A stretch of 64,000 nucleotides of DNA, taken from IMG/VR virus record IMGVR_UViG_2558860259_000003. One strand, 5' to 3'. This document shows, piece after piece, positions 9,312-18,457 of this stretch. Numbering within the stretch: the first letter of the stretch is position 1; each line of letters starts with the position of its first letter. The notes under the pieces are model-generated. The model was not told where the DNA came from, ran no database searches, and saw only the letters and a list, made by a program, of their open reading frames with translations. Source of the DNA: an uncultured virus (IMG/VR IMGVR_UViG_2558860259_000003) (taxonomy: Duplodnaviria > Heunggongvirae > Uroviricota > Caudoviricetes). The position numbers and the translations under genes were made by a program.

Positions 9312-10466
9312 TCAGGCCGCCTTTTGTTTCTGTTCTGTTTCCCAATCCTTCACCACGTTCATGCATGCGGCATGCACCTGGCGCGCGGTGGCAATGCCGA
9401 AGCCTTTTACTGTGCTGGAGAGTTCTTCAGGGGTGAGGCTAACGACGCCGTAAAGCGAGTGCATGCCGGAGGCATTCAGCAGATCGAGCCATTGCGGTTT
9501 CAACTGCGTCAGGCTACCCAGTGGCGTACTCTCGGCCCATTCAGTGCGCCGGACTAAATGGGGATGGCTACGCTCCAGCAGCTCGTTAATTTTCACGCTG
9601 ATGGCGGAACCTAATTCCTCTGGCCATGCCTGTTTGAACAGATCCAGCGTTGGGTACCGCGGTCGGCACCATTCGGTTACCGAGACAATCACGCCGATCC
9701 CGGTATTTGTGCGAACCTCAATGTGCCAATCAATGTCTTGCAGGATCTGCAGTTGCACATCACGGTCATCGGAACCAAACGATAAGCGCCAGCCGAACGT
9801 ATAAAAGTAAAAATGGATGCCGCTGCCGTCGGCTGCCCGGTACCAGATCGGATCTACGTCACCATCGATGTTCTGCAACCGCGATTGCAGTTCGATAACG
9901 GTATCTTCCAGCACTGAGTTTCGGTGCGCGGCCTGCGCCAGTGATGTTTTGGCATCAGCAGCTTCACTGCGTGCGATACGCATTTCTTTTTTCTGCTGGT
10001 TGAGCAACTGCACTTTGAATTTGAGATCGTCTTTCAGTCTGACGATCTGCTTTTTCATGTCCTCCGGGTTAAGTGACTTCAGGCGGTTTAACTCTTCAGC
10101 CAGTATTCTGTTATCGCTGGATAGCTGCTTGATCCGGGCGCGGCTGATCTCGGTGTTGGCATTGGCCTCTTTGGCGACAACGGTCTGTTCCTCAAGCTGT
10201 TCCTGCAAGTTGGTGATCAGCAGTTTGGTGGTAGTGATTTCCGACTCCAGCGCCTGGCAGCGGTCAACAACAGTATTGAACTCATCAACCTCAGTGTTGT
10301 ACTGCTCAATACAGAGTCCCTGAGCTTGGTCGAGAAGGGCGGTAGCACTCTCAACCGAGCGCTGCGCAGTCCCTGTGGTTTGTTCAATGGCAAGATCGAG
10401 TTGCGCCCGAACGGGGCGCAGGGATAATTCCAACACGCTGGCAACGGTTGAGGGGGTGGTACTCAT
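9312..10466 (-). CDS. Coiled-coil protein with C-terminal helix-hairpin-helix-like domain
   Basis: AGGAG RBS before MSTTPST; long heptad region; LNASGMHSL..TPEELSSTVKGFGIATA resembles HhH. Confidence 0.65.
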   Translation of the reverse strand: MSTTPSTVASVLELSLRPVRAQLDLAIEQTTGTAQRSVESATALLDQAQGLCIEQYNTEVDEFNTVVDRCQALESEITTTKLLITNLQEQLEEQTVVAKEANANTEISRARIKQLSSDNRILAEELNRLKSLNPEDMKKQIVRLKDDLKFKVQLLNQQKKEMRIARSEAADAKTSLAQAAHRNSVLEDTVIELQSRLQNIDGDVDPIWYRAADGSGIHFYFYTFGWRLSFGSDDRDVQLQILQDIDWHIEVRTNTGIGVIVSVTEWCRPRYPTLDLFKQAWPEELGSAISVKINELLERSHPHLVRRTEWAESTPLGSLTQLKPQWLDLLNASGMHSLYGVVSLTPEELSSTVKGFGIATARQVHAACMNVVKDWETEQKQKAA

Positions 10467-10506
10467 AGGAACTCCTTCTACGTACCTACTGGTGCAGGCA
10501 GAGGGG

Positions 10507-12093
10507 TTAAACGTTGGCTGTAATGTGGCGGATGCGACCGGCAATGATTGCCGGGATCAGTTTTTCCAAAGCGGTAGCGCTGATTTTGATACCTTCGGCG
10601 GCAAGGTCGGCTTTTACATCGTTAATGACTTCCTTGATGCTCAAGGTTTTTTCATTCACTACCGGTGGAGTTAGCGTAGAACCGCCCAACTGTTTGGGGT
10701 AACTGAAGGTGTCAGGCGAATGCAACGGTTGATGCTGTTCCGGGGCGGCAACTTTGGGCTGTTCAGTCACATGTTGTTCCGCCGCCAGACGCTCTTTTTC
10801 TTTACGCTCTTCCTCCAACTTTTTCTGTTCACCGATCCGCTGGCCGATCAGCAATTTCAGGTGCTCGTGATCATTGCCAATGATCTGGCTGATGTCGGCA
10901 AACAGGTTTTTGTAGGCCGGTTCGATATCATCAAACAGCTTCAGGTTTGCTTGATACCTCTCACAAAGCTGGTTTGCTTCAATCTTGGCCCGCGCCAGTT
11001 CATCGTTGGCTGAGCCTTGCAGCGAGGTAACTGTTTTCTTGCCCTTAATTGCAGCGGCAAAATCAGCAGCAATTGCAGGAAGCCGCACGCTTCCCAACTG
11101 AACGTTAAGCGCGCTGATATGCTCATTCAGTGCAGTTTTTGCCTTGCTGATAATGTCAGCGCGTATCTCATCCTTGCGAGACTGCACAAGCCTGGTTAAA
11201 TCCAGGCGTTTCCTGCGCATCGCTTCACGTAACGTGTCGATAGTGCGAAAGAGGGTATCAATCTGCTCTGTCTGGGATAATGCCTGCTTCTTGATCAGGT
11301 CGAGTTCACTTTCTGCCTTCTCACAGAACTTCACCGTTTCTTCCGCATCGGCAAAGTCCTGATCAGTTGAGAGGTTGGTATTGATGGACTCAATAAACGC
11401 CAACGCTTGCCCCTGGTATACAGTCAAGTTTGACTGTTTAACCACACCCTCAATTTCCACCATCAGCGCTGGCAGGCGCATGATGCCTTTTGCTGCAGGC
11501 AGTTCTTTGATATCGGGTAGCGTGTAATTTTCCAGATCCTGTGCGAACTGGCTCCATCCGGAAATCAGCGATTCCACTCGACCAGCAACCGGCGTGTATT
11601 CCATCCAGACGAAGTTTTCTTCGGTACCATCTGAGCAGACAAAAATGACACGCCGCGCCCTGCTGACCAGTAACTGCTGTTCAAGTTGCCAGTAATACTC
11701 TGGCGAGAGGTCTTTCTGACGAACAGCTTCCGCCAGCGCAGCGCTCCACATTTTGTGCTCAAAGAGCGTATCTTCAGCCATGGTCATGCCATCGAACGAC
11801 GCCAGCATGTGGCCGGTGTCATCAATAGCAGTAGTAGGGTAGAGGTCATCACCGATCATGCTCTCTACGATAGTACGCGCCATGGACTCTTGCTTGTGGC
11901 CTTTATCGAACAGGTTGGTTTGAACCCAATCGCTGATTTCGCGCTCAGTGCCGATTGCCCTCATCTTGAGCAGGTCGTCACGGCGCATTTTGCTGGAAGC
12001 CGCCATCATGACCGGTGCTTCGCTGGCGGTGAAATGTTTGGCACGTACAGCGTGCCACTCAGGGGTTCCCTGTTGGACATTAATGATTTGCAT
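10507..12093 (-). CDS. YqaJ-like (lambda-exonuclease family) nuclease with long helical C-terminus
   Basis: QGTPEWHAVR..TASEA, LASFDG, FEHK, YYWQLEQQL. Confidence 0.88.
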   Translation of the reverse strand: MQIINVQQGTPEWHAVRAKHFTASEAPVMMAASSKMRRDDLLKMRAIGTEREISDWVQTNLFDKGHKQESMARTIVESMIGDDLYPTTAIDDTGHMLASFDGMTMAEDTLFEHKMWSAALAEAVRQKDLSPEYYWQLEQQLLVSRARRVIFVCSDGTEENFVWMEYTPVAGRVESLISGWSQFAQDLENYTLPDIKELPAAKGIMRLPALMVEIEGVVKQSNLTVYQGQALAFIESINTNLSTDQDFADAEETVKFCEKAESELDLIKKQALSQTEQIDTLFRTIDTLREAMRRKRLDLTRLVQSRKDEIRADIISKAKTALNEHISALNVQLGSVRLPAIAADFAAAIKGKKTVTSLQGSANDELARAKIEANQLCERYQANLKLFDDIEPAYKNLFADISQIIGNDHEHLKLLIGQRIGEQKKLEEERKEKERLAAEQHVTEQPKVAAPEQHQPLHSPDTFSYPKQLGGSTLTPPVVNEKTLSIKEVINDVKADLAAEGIKISATALEKLIPAIIAGRIRHITANV

Positions 12094-12914
12094 CGATAGG
12101 CTCCAATTTGCGGATAATTTCTTTCTGTTCTTCGGAGAGGGTAAACTTGGTGCTGACGGTGGCGATCACTGCTTCGGCTTTTTTGCTGCCAGATGCGATC
12201 ATCTTTTCCCAGCCTTCCAGGTTTGTGTTGAATTTGTCACTTGGGTAATGTGGCGGCGTCAGCGGCGTCTGGGTTTCCTTGGGGGGTGTAACATCCCTGA
12301 CGTCGCTGATATCCAGCGATTTACCTTCCATTTCTTCAGCTGTAGGCTGCTGCCCGACCTCAGGCCAGGCTTTGCGCAATGCCTGAGCTTCTGCGCATTT
12401 CGCTAATTGTCCGTAGGGGCGTTTTCTCCACATCGCGTTAGGTGCCTGGGTGTTTTTTTCCAGCTGTGGCATAGTTTTCTAGCCAGTATTCCTTCGCGTG
12501 ATACTCAGAAATTGAACCGTCAGGCCGTTCTTTTAGTACGGTGTACTGACACCACTCAGGGAAGGTGATTTCTACCTCTCCAAGCGTTTTGGTCACATCA
12601 GGCCCAAACTCAGGCTCTTTATCCCCTGCATGGTTGCCAGAACGGTCTGCTTGAATACGATACAAGCCGATACCTGGCATGACGACATCACGCATTTCAT
12701 AGCTGTTCGTGAGAGCATCCTTAACGCTCATGGGTACCAGGTGAACGGGCTTCATCAGCGGATCCAGTTGACGCGCCTTGCAGTAACTCACGGCCATAAC
12801 AACGGAATCATCGCGAGCGCCGGGGTAGATGCTGTTTTTCAACGCGTTCCAGGTAGGCTCATCAATGCCCATGGAAATGATGGCAGCCGGTAGGGTTGCA
12901 ACTGCATTACTCAT
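12080..12914 (-). pseudogene. bet: Bet/RecT-family ssDNA-annealing recombinase split by +1 frameshift
   Basis: N-half (YCKARQLDPLMKPVHLV, GIGLYRIQA) and C-half (MWRKRPYGQLAKCAEAQALRKAWPE) join if one base of T7 (12453-12459) is removed; span 835 = 3n+1. Confidence 0.85.
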
Positions 12915-13069
12915 TGGTCAGTCCTCAAAGAGTTACGGATAGCGAAACAAGCAACGCCGAAAGCAATGGCGCAGGTTTTGAGTGGATGGCGGCGGCGCTT
13001 GAACTGGTGAATATTGTGGCTGCCGATCCGGTGCAGATACTGGATATGTTGGACGGTGTGAGTAGGCAT
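12911..13069 (-). CDS. Small hypothetical protein
   Basis: GAGGAG RBS before MPTHTVQ; ends RTDQ* overlapping the bet start. Confidence 0.45.
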   Translation of the reverse strand: MPTHTVQHIQYLHRIGSHNIHQFKRRRHPLKTCAIAFGVACFAIRNSLRTDQ

Positions 13070-13213
13070 GATATTCTCCTCAGAGATCGGGGGTGGTTCC
13101 CCGGTCAACTTGCTTATGGCCTTTATTGGTCATTGGCCAGTCCTTAAAGATTCGCGGTTTGGTCGCCGCGTATCGGGATAGCCCCGCTTGCGGGGCTTTT
13201 CTCGTTTATGGGG

Positions 13214-13546
13214 TTAGTGAATTTCGTGCGGTTCTGGATCACGTGCGGCATCCAGCTCCATGGCGCGTTCTGCTTTGGCGATGCGGGTGAGGATTTCGGT
13301 TTTGACCGACTGCAGGTATTCCTCCACATCGGGTGTTTCCATAAGTGCCATGAGATAGCGATTGTCCAGGCCGGGTGTTGAGCAGTGCTTGATGATCAGG
13401 TTTTTGAGGGCAGAAATGCGCAAGTCTTTGCGCCGATTCTCCACACGATCGGCAAGCAATTCCCGCTCGTCAGGATCCGCAGGCAAGGTGCGCTCATACT
13501 CCTCAGTAATTTCCTCAACCATCCGCTGATAGTTGTACTCGTTCAT
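13214..13546 (-). CDS. Phage hypothetical protein
   Basis: GGAGG RBS, MNEYNYQ start; followed by hairpin GCCCCGCTTGCGGGGC. Confidence 0.65.
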   Translation of the reverse strand: MNEYNYQRMVEEITEEYERTLPADPDERELLADRVENRRKDLRISALKNLIIKHCSTPGLDNRYLMALMETPDVEEYLQSVKTEILTRIAKAERAMELDAARDPEPHEIH

Positions 13547-13610
13547 ACATACCTCCAATCAGTGAACTTGCTCATGCGCCAGCAGGCTGACGCATGGTGA
13601 AAGCACGCTG

Positions 13611-13874
13611 TTACTCTTCGGTTTTTTCCTCATTGATGCGCTGGAACGGGAAGCGCTCAGTGTCGGCTTTGAAGCATCTGCCGAAGTGAGAGCCGATCGA
13701 TTCCGCACCTTTGAACGCAGCAAAATCATCAGCGGTGACGTTCTGGTAGTGGTACAGCGCAGCCGGTTCGCCGCGCTGCTTAAAGCGAATTGCCAGGGTG
13801 TTGGTAGCCGCGTCGTGGCCGATGCTGTGGATCTGGGAAGAGTTAACAGCTTCCATAGCGATATTTACGGTCAT
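13611..13874 (-). CDS. KTSC domain protein
   Basis: VNSSQIHSIGHD..TLAIRF..LYHYQNV..AESIGSHF. Confidence 0.85.
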   Translation of the reverse strand: MTVNIAMEAVNSSQIHSIGHDAATNTLAIRFKQRGEPAALYHYQNVTADDFAAFKGAESIGSHFGRCFKADTERFPFQRINEEKTEE

Positions 13875-13951
13875 GGTGTTTTCCTTTCTGTTGGTTTTTG
13901 GATAAAAAAAAGCCCCGATGAACGGGGCAATGAGGGCGGGGCAGGGCTTTC

Positions 13952-14149
13952 TTATCTTCGCAGTGAAGCGTCTTGTTCTCTCACTTTTCGCATGAAGTCG
14001 CTATTTTCATCGGGCGGGGTCAGTTGCTGACCATTACCCAGATAGTCGGGATTCATGTACTGCTCGTGATAGATAAAAGACGCTTCGTGGCAGTTGCTAC
14101 AGCGGCCTGAGTACACCTTGCAGCCACAATCTTCACAGTATTTGCTCAT
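13952..14149 (-). CDS. Small zinc-finger protein
   Basis: CEDC..CSNC; AAGGTG RBS. Confidence 0.6.
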   Translation of the reverse strand: MSKYCEDCGCKVYSGRCSNCHEASFIYHEQYMNPDYLGNGQQLTPPDENSDFMRKVREQDASLRR

Positions 14150-14157
14150 AGGTCACC

Positions 14158-14436
14158 TTATGGAGTTGGCTCCCGTAACTTTTTCACGTAATTCATGCAG
14201 TACGTTGGGCTGCACTCTTTCCAAGCGGTCTTATGCTGCATTTTTTTGCTTGGCGGGTAATAAACCACAGTTCCTTGTGGGGTACGGAAAATAAGGGTGT
14301 TGTTGCCCTCTTCGAACTCAATGCCGTTCTTCTTGAAAAAGGCGCTAATCCTTTCATAAGCACCATTTCTGGCCCGGCGTCGGCCTTCTTTCCGGAATTC
14401 TTTGATATCGCGAAAATAATCGCCTACATCTCCCAT
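14158..14436 (-). CDS. Phage hypothetical protein
   Basis: 92-aa ORF, GGAG RBS. Confidence 0.6.
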   Translation of the reverse strand: MGDVGDYFRDIKEFRKEGRRRARNGAYERISAFFKKNGIEFEEGNNTLIFRTPQGTVVYYPPSKKMQHKTAWKECSPTYCMNYVKKLREPTP

Positions 14437-14439
14437 AAG

Positions 14440-14535
14440 TCAGTACTCCGTTTTAGTTGCGATACATAGAGCGAGTGTTACGATTGCAACACAGCAACCA
14501 ACGACCGCGCCGCATGCAAATCCGGCTATGAACAT
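14440..14535 (-). CDS. 31-aa hydrophobic peptide (absent from ORF track)
   Basis: AAGGAGG RBS; MFIAGFACGAVVGCCVAIVTLALCIATKTEY fills the intergenic gap. Confidence 0.5.
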   Translation of the reverse strand: MFIAGFACGAVVGCCVAIVTLALCIATKTEY

Positions 14536-14544
14536 ACAGCCTCC

Positions 14545-15297
14545 TTAATTGGGTATCACCACAATCACGGTGTTCACCATTGTGCCGGATGGCTTGAAAG
14601 AGCCCTCCGGTAGTTCTTCAATCCAGCCGCCTTTGCTCTTAACCGTTTCGCGGAAATCCTCAGTCAGTTTGTTGCTACGGAACGTGACCGACGAGGACAT
14701 GACAGAAACTAACTTGCCGCCAGGCTTGAGGAACTTCATGGCGTGGTTTACATGCTTGATATCCGCCTGGCGGCTGAACGGCGGGTTCATGACTACACGG
14801 TCATAAATAGGGTTTGGTACCACGGTTAGGAAATCGACAGGGCCTGCAATTCCACTAAGCGAGATGTTTAAAGTATGTAAATAGCCGTTATTTGCTGGCA
14901 TCAGTTCGTACATATCGATAATGACGTTGGCTGCGGCAGCTTTGGCGGCAAGAGCAAGAGCACCACGCCCGGCACTTGGTTCAAGCACCCTCATTCCGTC
15001 TTGAATGTCAGCGAAGTGAATGACGTGGCGGGTCACGTTATCCGGGGTGGGGAAGAACTCGAAATCATCCTTTGGCACCACAACATCACCAGTCAGAATG
15101 ATCTGCTCGATCCGCTCTGCTGCTTCGGCCTCAAAAATATGCGCTTGGGCCTTGCGGTTCCACTTTCCGCCAGCGGCTTCCAGTACCTTGTTGGTTCTGG
15201 TGTAAAGGGAGCGATCAAGCTGCCCGGTAAGTTTCAGTTGATTACCGATGCACTCAGCGGCGCTAAGCACATTTAAAACCTCGTTATCTACTCGCAT
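14545..15297 (-). CDS. SAM-dependent amino-methyltransferase (probable N6-adenine DNA MTase)
   Basis: FFPTP, VLEPSAGRG (motif I), VMNPPF (motif IV). Confidence 0.85.
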   Translation of the reverse strand: MRVDNEVLNVLSAAECIGNQLKLTGQLDRSLYTRTNKVLEAAGGKWNRKAQAHIFEAEAAERIEQIILTGDVVVPKDDFEFFPTPDNVTRHVIHFADIQDGMRVLEPSAGRGALALAAKAAAANVIIDMYELMPANNGYLHTLNISLSGIAGPVDFLTVVPNPIYDRVVMNPPFSRQADIKHVNHAMKFLKPGGKLVSVMSSSVTFRSNKLTEDFRETVKSKGGWIEELPEGSFKPSGTMVNTVIVVIPN

Positions 15298-15314
15298 TCA
15301 GCATTCTCCAGACA

Positions 15315-15340
15315 TAAAAAAAGCCCCGCAAGGCGAGGCT
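15315..15340 (-). terminator. Intrinsic terminator in leftward operon
   Basis: AGCCTCGCCTTGCGGGGCT followed by T-run on the minus strand. Confidence 0.65.
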
Positions 15341-15483
15341 GTGATGGTTTAATCGGCTGCGCACTGGTTCAGGTTGTCGTCTGATTTTTGACCTCGCCAA
15401 AAACGGGCGAGCTCAAATCTTCAACTAGTAAACGAGGTGCATTGCTTACCAATGCGCACAAGATTAAGGCTCAGAAGGATGGC

Positions 15484-16323
15484 TTATGCAGATAATTCCT
15501 TGAGCTTTGCCGCTACTTTTTCAAGGGTGCTCATGCAATCCATCATTTCATCGAATTTTCGCTGAATCGCACCTACTGCTTGTAATACCTCCAATTTCAC
15601 AGGAGCAAGTTTTTTATTGAACAAGTCGCTTTCACTGGCCTGCTTTTCAGCTTTCTCTGCAGCTTTCAGTAACTCTTCGGCTTGCTTACGGAGTAACTCT
15701 GGTGTTGCTTTTATCTCCTGAGCCATAACTTGCTCCTTTGGCTTGGTATCATTGGGGGATGGTTGGTTGTTAAGTGCTATTTTTGGTAATGGACATAGCG
15801 GAAATTCGTACCCAGGAATGGTCTTTGGGTACCCGAAGCGTTTGTGTCGAAGCATTATTATTGGGTGTTTTGCTGAAAGTGGACGACATTCAAGCATTAA
15901 GATGCTTTCTCTCGCTTGAAGGAAGTCCATGAGGGCATATTGCTCTTTTCGGTTGAGAGCCTTATAAGCCTCAACCTTGCTTTTTACATCCGCTAAAATC
16001 ACCCCGTCAGGGAACTTCTCTACGAAACTCTTAACTTCTGATGCTGCCCGCCATAACTTATTAGGCAGTGTTGATGGCGTCATCTCTACCTCACTATCTA
16101 TCGGTTGCTGCTCTAGGTAAAAGCCTCGCTCTGAGAGGTTTTTATTGTTTTGTGATACCCAACGATCAATATCCTCGGCGATCCAGGCTACATAGCGGGG
16201 TCCAATTTTTACCGGCTCAGGGAATTTACCCAAACCTATCATTCGATAAATCCAAGCTTTTTTATAACCAGTAATTTCGAGAACCTCTAAAAGTCTGATT
16301 AACTTCTGTTTTTTCTCTTCCAT
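15484..16323 (-). CDS. AlpA-family regulator fused to a larger unknown C-terminal region
   Basis: LIRLLEVLEITGYKKAWIYRMI..GKFPEPVKIGPRYVAW. Confidence 0.75.
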   Translation of the reverse strand: MEEKKQKLIRLLEVLEITGYKKAWIYRMIGLGKFPEPVKIGPRYVAWIAEDIDRWVSQNNKNLSERGFYLEQQPIDSEVEMTPSTLPNKLWRAASEVKSFVEKFPDGVILADVKSKVEAYKALNRKEQYALMDFLQARESILMLECRPLSAKHPIIMLRHKRFGYPKTIPGYEFPLCPLPKIALNNQPSPNDTKPKEQVMAQEIKATPELLRKQAEELLKAAEKAEKQASESDLFNKKLAPVKLEVLQAVGAIQRKFDEMMDCMSTLEKVAAKLKELSA

Positions 16324-16362
16324 CCTCGATCTCGATTAGCGTCATGCGCTAAAAATTAGACG

Positions 16363-16392
16363 AAAAAAAAGCCACAGCGTCAGCTGCGGCTT
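16363..16392 (-). terminator. Intrinsic terminator after the N-like gene (tL1 position)
   Basis: AAGCCGCAGCTGACGCTGTGGC followed by T8 on the minus strand. Confidence 0.7.
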
Positions 16393-16416
16393 CTTGGTGT
16401 TCAGTTGGGAGGGGGC

Positions 16417-16680
16417 TTAGATTATGCCGCGCGGTATCCGGCTGCATCCGCGCATTTTCTGGCGGGCCGCAGCGCTGAGTTGCCCCGGTGCCAGTAATTC
16501 ATCTTCTTTCACAGCACGCTTGCGCGGTTTCGGCGGTGCTGGCATGTCCGGCATCGCTTTACAGCGGGTGAGCACTAGAATGGATTTTTCAATGCGTTCG
16601 CTGCTGAGCTTGATGCGTTCCAGTTGCTCCTGGGCGCGGCGGCGTTTTGCCGATTTTGCTTTGGCTTTAATCATTGTCAT
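16417..16680 (-). CDS. Probable N-like early antiterminator
   Basis: Arg/Lys-rich N-terminus KAKAKSAKRRRAQE, basic 87 aa, downstream of pL/boxA and upstream of a terminator. Confidence 0.55.
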   Translation of the reverse strand: MTMIKAKAKSAKRRRAQEQLERIKLSSERIEKSILVLTRCKAMPDMPAPPKPRKRAVKEDELLAPGQLSAAARQKMRGCSRIPRGII

Positions 16681-16922
16681 TGGTCAGTCCTTAACTGTTT
16701 AAAGGCTTGGTCAGAGCCCATTGGGTAGATATGGTTTAGATAAACGGAAATGTTTTTCTTGGGTAAAACAGTCTCACCCAGATGCTTGATCACCGAATCT
16801 TTATCTGACTCACTGATCCCCATAGATTTTATGCTTGCCTTGATTAGGGCAATGTGTTGATTCAGCGTATCCATGCGACGAGCATTGTCGCTATAAATCA
16901 ATTGACAAAGGTGTCTTTGCAT
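16677..16922 (-). CDS. Hypothetical protein, first convincing ORF of the pL transcript
   Basis: AAGGA RBS; ends RTDQ* coupled to the N-like gene. Confidence 0.5.
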   Translation of the reverse strand: MQRHLCQLIYSDNARRMDTLNQHIALIKASIKSMGISESDKDSVIKHLGETVLPKKNISVYLNHIYPMGSDQAFKQLRTDQ

Positions 16923-17100
16923 ACTATTTGCATCCTTTTTTAAAGCAACTTACAAGATGGGCACCTTACGGGTGCCAATCGACCAGTTACGCCTTCCGGT
17001 GCCCTTTATGCTTCAGCAGCCTCATCAAAAGGAGGTGCATATAGCAATGGATCGAGCCGTTCCGCTGGTGTTGTATATTGCACCTGCAGCAGGTTTTGGT

Positions 17101-17302
17101 GATGTGGTGGCCGGTGCTGATCTCAGGCTTGTCTATTCAGGTGTTAGTCGCCACCTCCGAAGAGGGATATGCTTATGATTTTCACCTGCTTTATTGGTTA
17201 CTACGGCTTACCGGGTATTTACGCGACTTGTCTTACAGCCTGTCTTCTCCAGTAACCATCAGGGCGCGAACCCCGCGCATCAGCCTGCGCATTCACCACA
17301 TC
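17101..17302 (-). ncRNA. Structured tRNA-like RNA (C4-antisense-like) in the pL leader
   Basis: Closing stem GATGTGGTG/CACCACATC, 5' GCGCAGGCTGATGCGC hairpin, 3' T-arm-like GCCTGAGATCAGCACCGGC-CACCA; family assignment from memory. Confidence 0.55.
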
Positions 17303-17661
17303 TCAAAGCCAACTGCCCTTTGGGCCACACTCTCGCAGTGGCGGCGCCATGCCCTTGGTCGCTGTCGCATATAGCCGCTTATAACCGGTGCAGGTCTGGC
17401 CGTCCTGCTGCTTTACCGGAATCGCTTCATTTTGTAACCCAACCGTAACGGCGATTAATCGGGCTCCTAATAGGATTCGGGGCCTCTGTTAAAAAGGCAT
17501 TGCCATTGCTGGCTGCGGTCTGTCCGCGTTAGTTCTTCATGGGTTGATCCTCAATGTGAAAGGTTGAACAAAACAGGCTTAGTGATCGGCGGTCTATCAT
17601 CCAACCGAGTTGCACCGCGACGCGCGCCTGGTGGCGCTTATGTTGCTGTCGCTATCCTGTT

Positions 17662-17673
17662 TGTTAAAGAGCA
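17662..17673 (-). promoter_or_regulatory. boxA antitermination element (nutL); candidate boxB hairpin at 17624-17637
   Basis: TGCTCTTTAACA, the consensus boxA, about 15 nt downstream of the predicted pL start. Confidence 0.8.
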
Positions 17674-17693
17674 GTCCCAGATGGGATGCTTTG

Positions 17694-17722
17694 AATGTAA
17701 GTTTTTCTACGTAAACCGTCAA
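17694..17722 (-). promoter_or_regulatory. pL promoter with overlapping operator
   Basis: TTGACG-17 bp-TACATT; operator-like ACGTAGAAAAACTTACAT in the spacer, further copies near 17730 and 17771. Confidence 0.75.
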
Positions 17723-17823
17723 GAGAGAAATGTAGGTTTTTCTACAATTTTTAGTATGAGGCTGATTTTAATGTAGAAAAATCAACAAAAAGTTGTGGTG
17801 ATAGGGGGGGAGATGAGTAGGTG

Positions 17824-18180
17824 TTAAAGGTAAGTGAATAGCAGGTTTATTGCGTTGAAAATTGCCATGACACCAGCAACAGCAGATAGGGCAGCGATGA
17901 CCTTAGTAAAAAAACTAAGTATTTCTTGCTTTATTGTTCGAGATGCTCGCCATAAGCCAAGCCCAACATTCGTTATATAAACTCCATAACTAAATACAGC
18001 TATGGCTATTCCTAGGGCATTCCATTGTGCGAATTTTGAAAAAAACGTTACAGCAATACAGAATATAAGTGCAAAAACCAAATGAAAATACGTTCTTGTT
18101 ACACCATACTTTCCGAGAGATAGTTTTACTAAGAAGTTACTATTGTTATCTGTATCAGTTTCTGAGGATCTTAAAAGCAT
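17824..18180 (-). CDS. Membrane protein in immunity region (rex position)
   Basis: Three hydrophobic helices, AT-rich, downstream of cI. Confidence 0.65.
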   Translation of the reverse strand: MLLRSSETDTDNNSNFLVKLSLGKYGVTRTYFHLVFALIFCIAVTFFSKFAQWNALGIAIAVFSYGVYITNVGLGLWRASRTIKQEILSFFTKVIAALSAVAGVMAIFNAINLLFTYL

Positions 18181-18217
18181 ATGTTTTTACCTTGATTATT
18201 AAAACTTTTCAAAGAAA

Positions 18218-18448
18218 TTACTTAAGCCTTGATGCGACGAACCAGCCAACTGTCATACCTATAACACCTGAAATCACAAGCCCAAGTTCGGTTGTCTTTG
18301 CCAACAGGATAGCTGTAAGTATCCAGACTACGCCGAAAACCATTCCAAAATTATTATTCTCGCGGAGAGAGTCTTCCTTATTCCTTTCAATAGCATCAGC
18401 AATTTCTTGTTGCTCTTCTGGTGTGAATTTTCTTCCATTGATGGACAT
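18218..18448 (-). CDS. Small membrane protein in immunity region
   Basis: GAGG RBS right after the cI stop; two TM segments. Confidence 0.65.
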   Translation of the reverse strand: MSINGRKFTPEEQQEIADAIERNKEDSLRENNNFGMVFGVVWILTAILLAKTTELGLVISGVIGMTVGWFVASRLK

Positions 18449-18457
18449 TTTTAACCT

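Noticed and set aside
12453..12459. Programmed ribosomal frameshift in bet
   Set aside because: Bet-family genes are normally continuous, a +1 shift would be needed, and three other single-base indels point to error or decay
17101..17302. Canonical tRNA gene
   Set aside because: About 200 nt, no standard anticodon arm or GTTCRA T-loop
16957..17776. Plus-strand ORFs in the pL leader (16957, 17078, 17194, 17564)
   Set aside because: Antisense to pL, mutually overlapping, no RBS or motifs; RNA structure explains the region better
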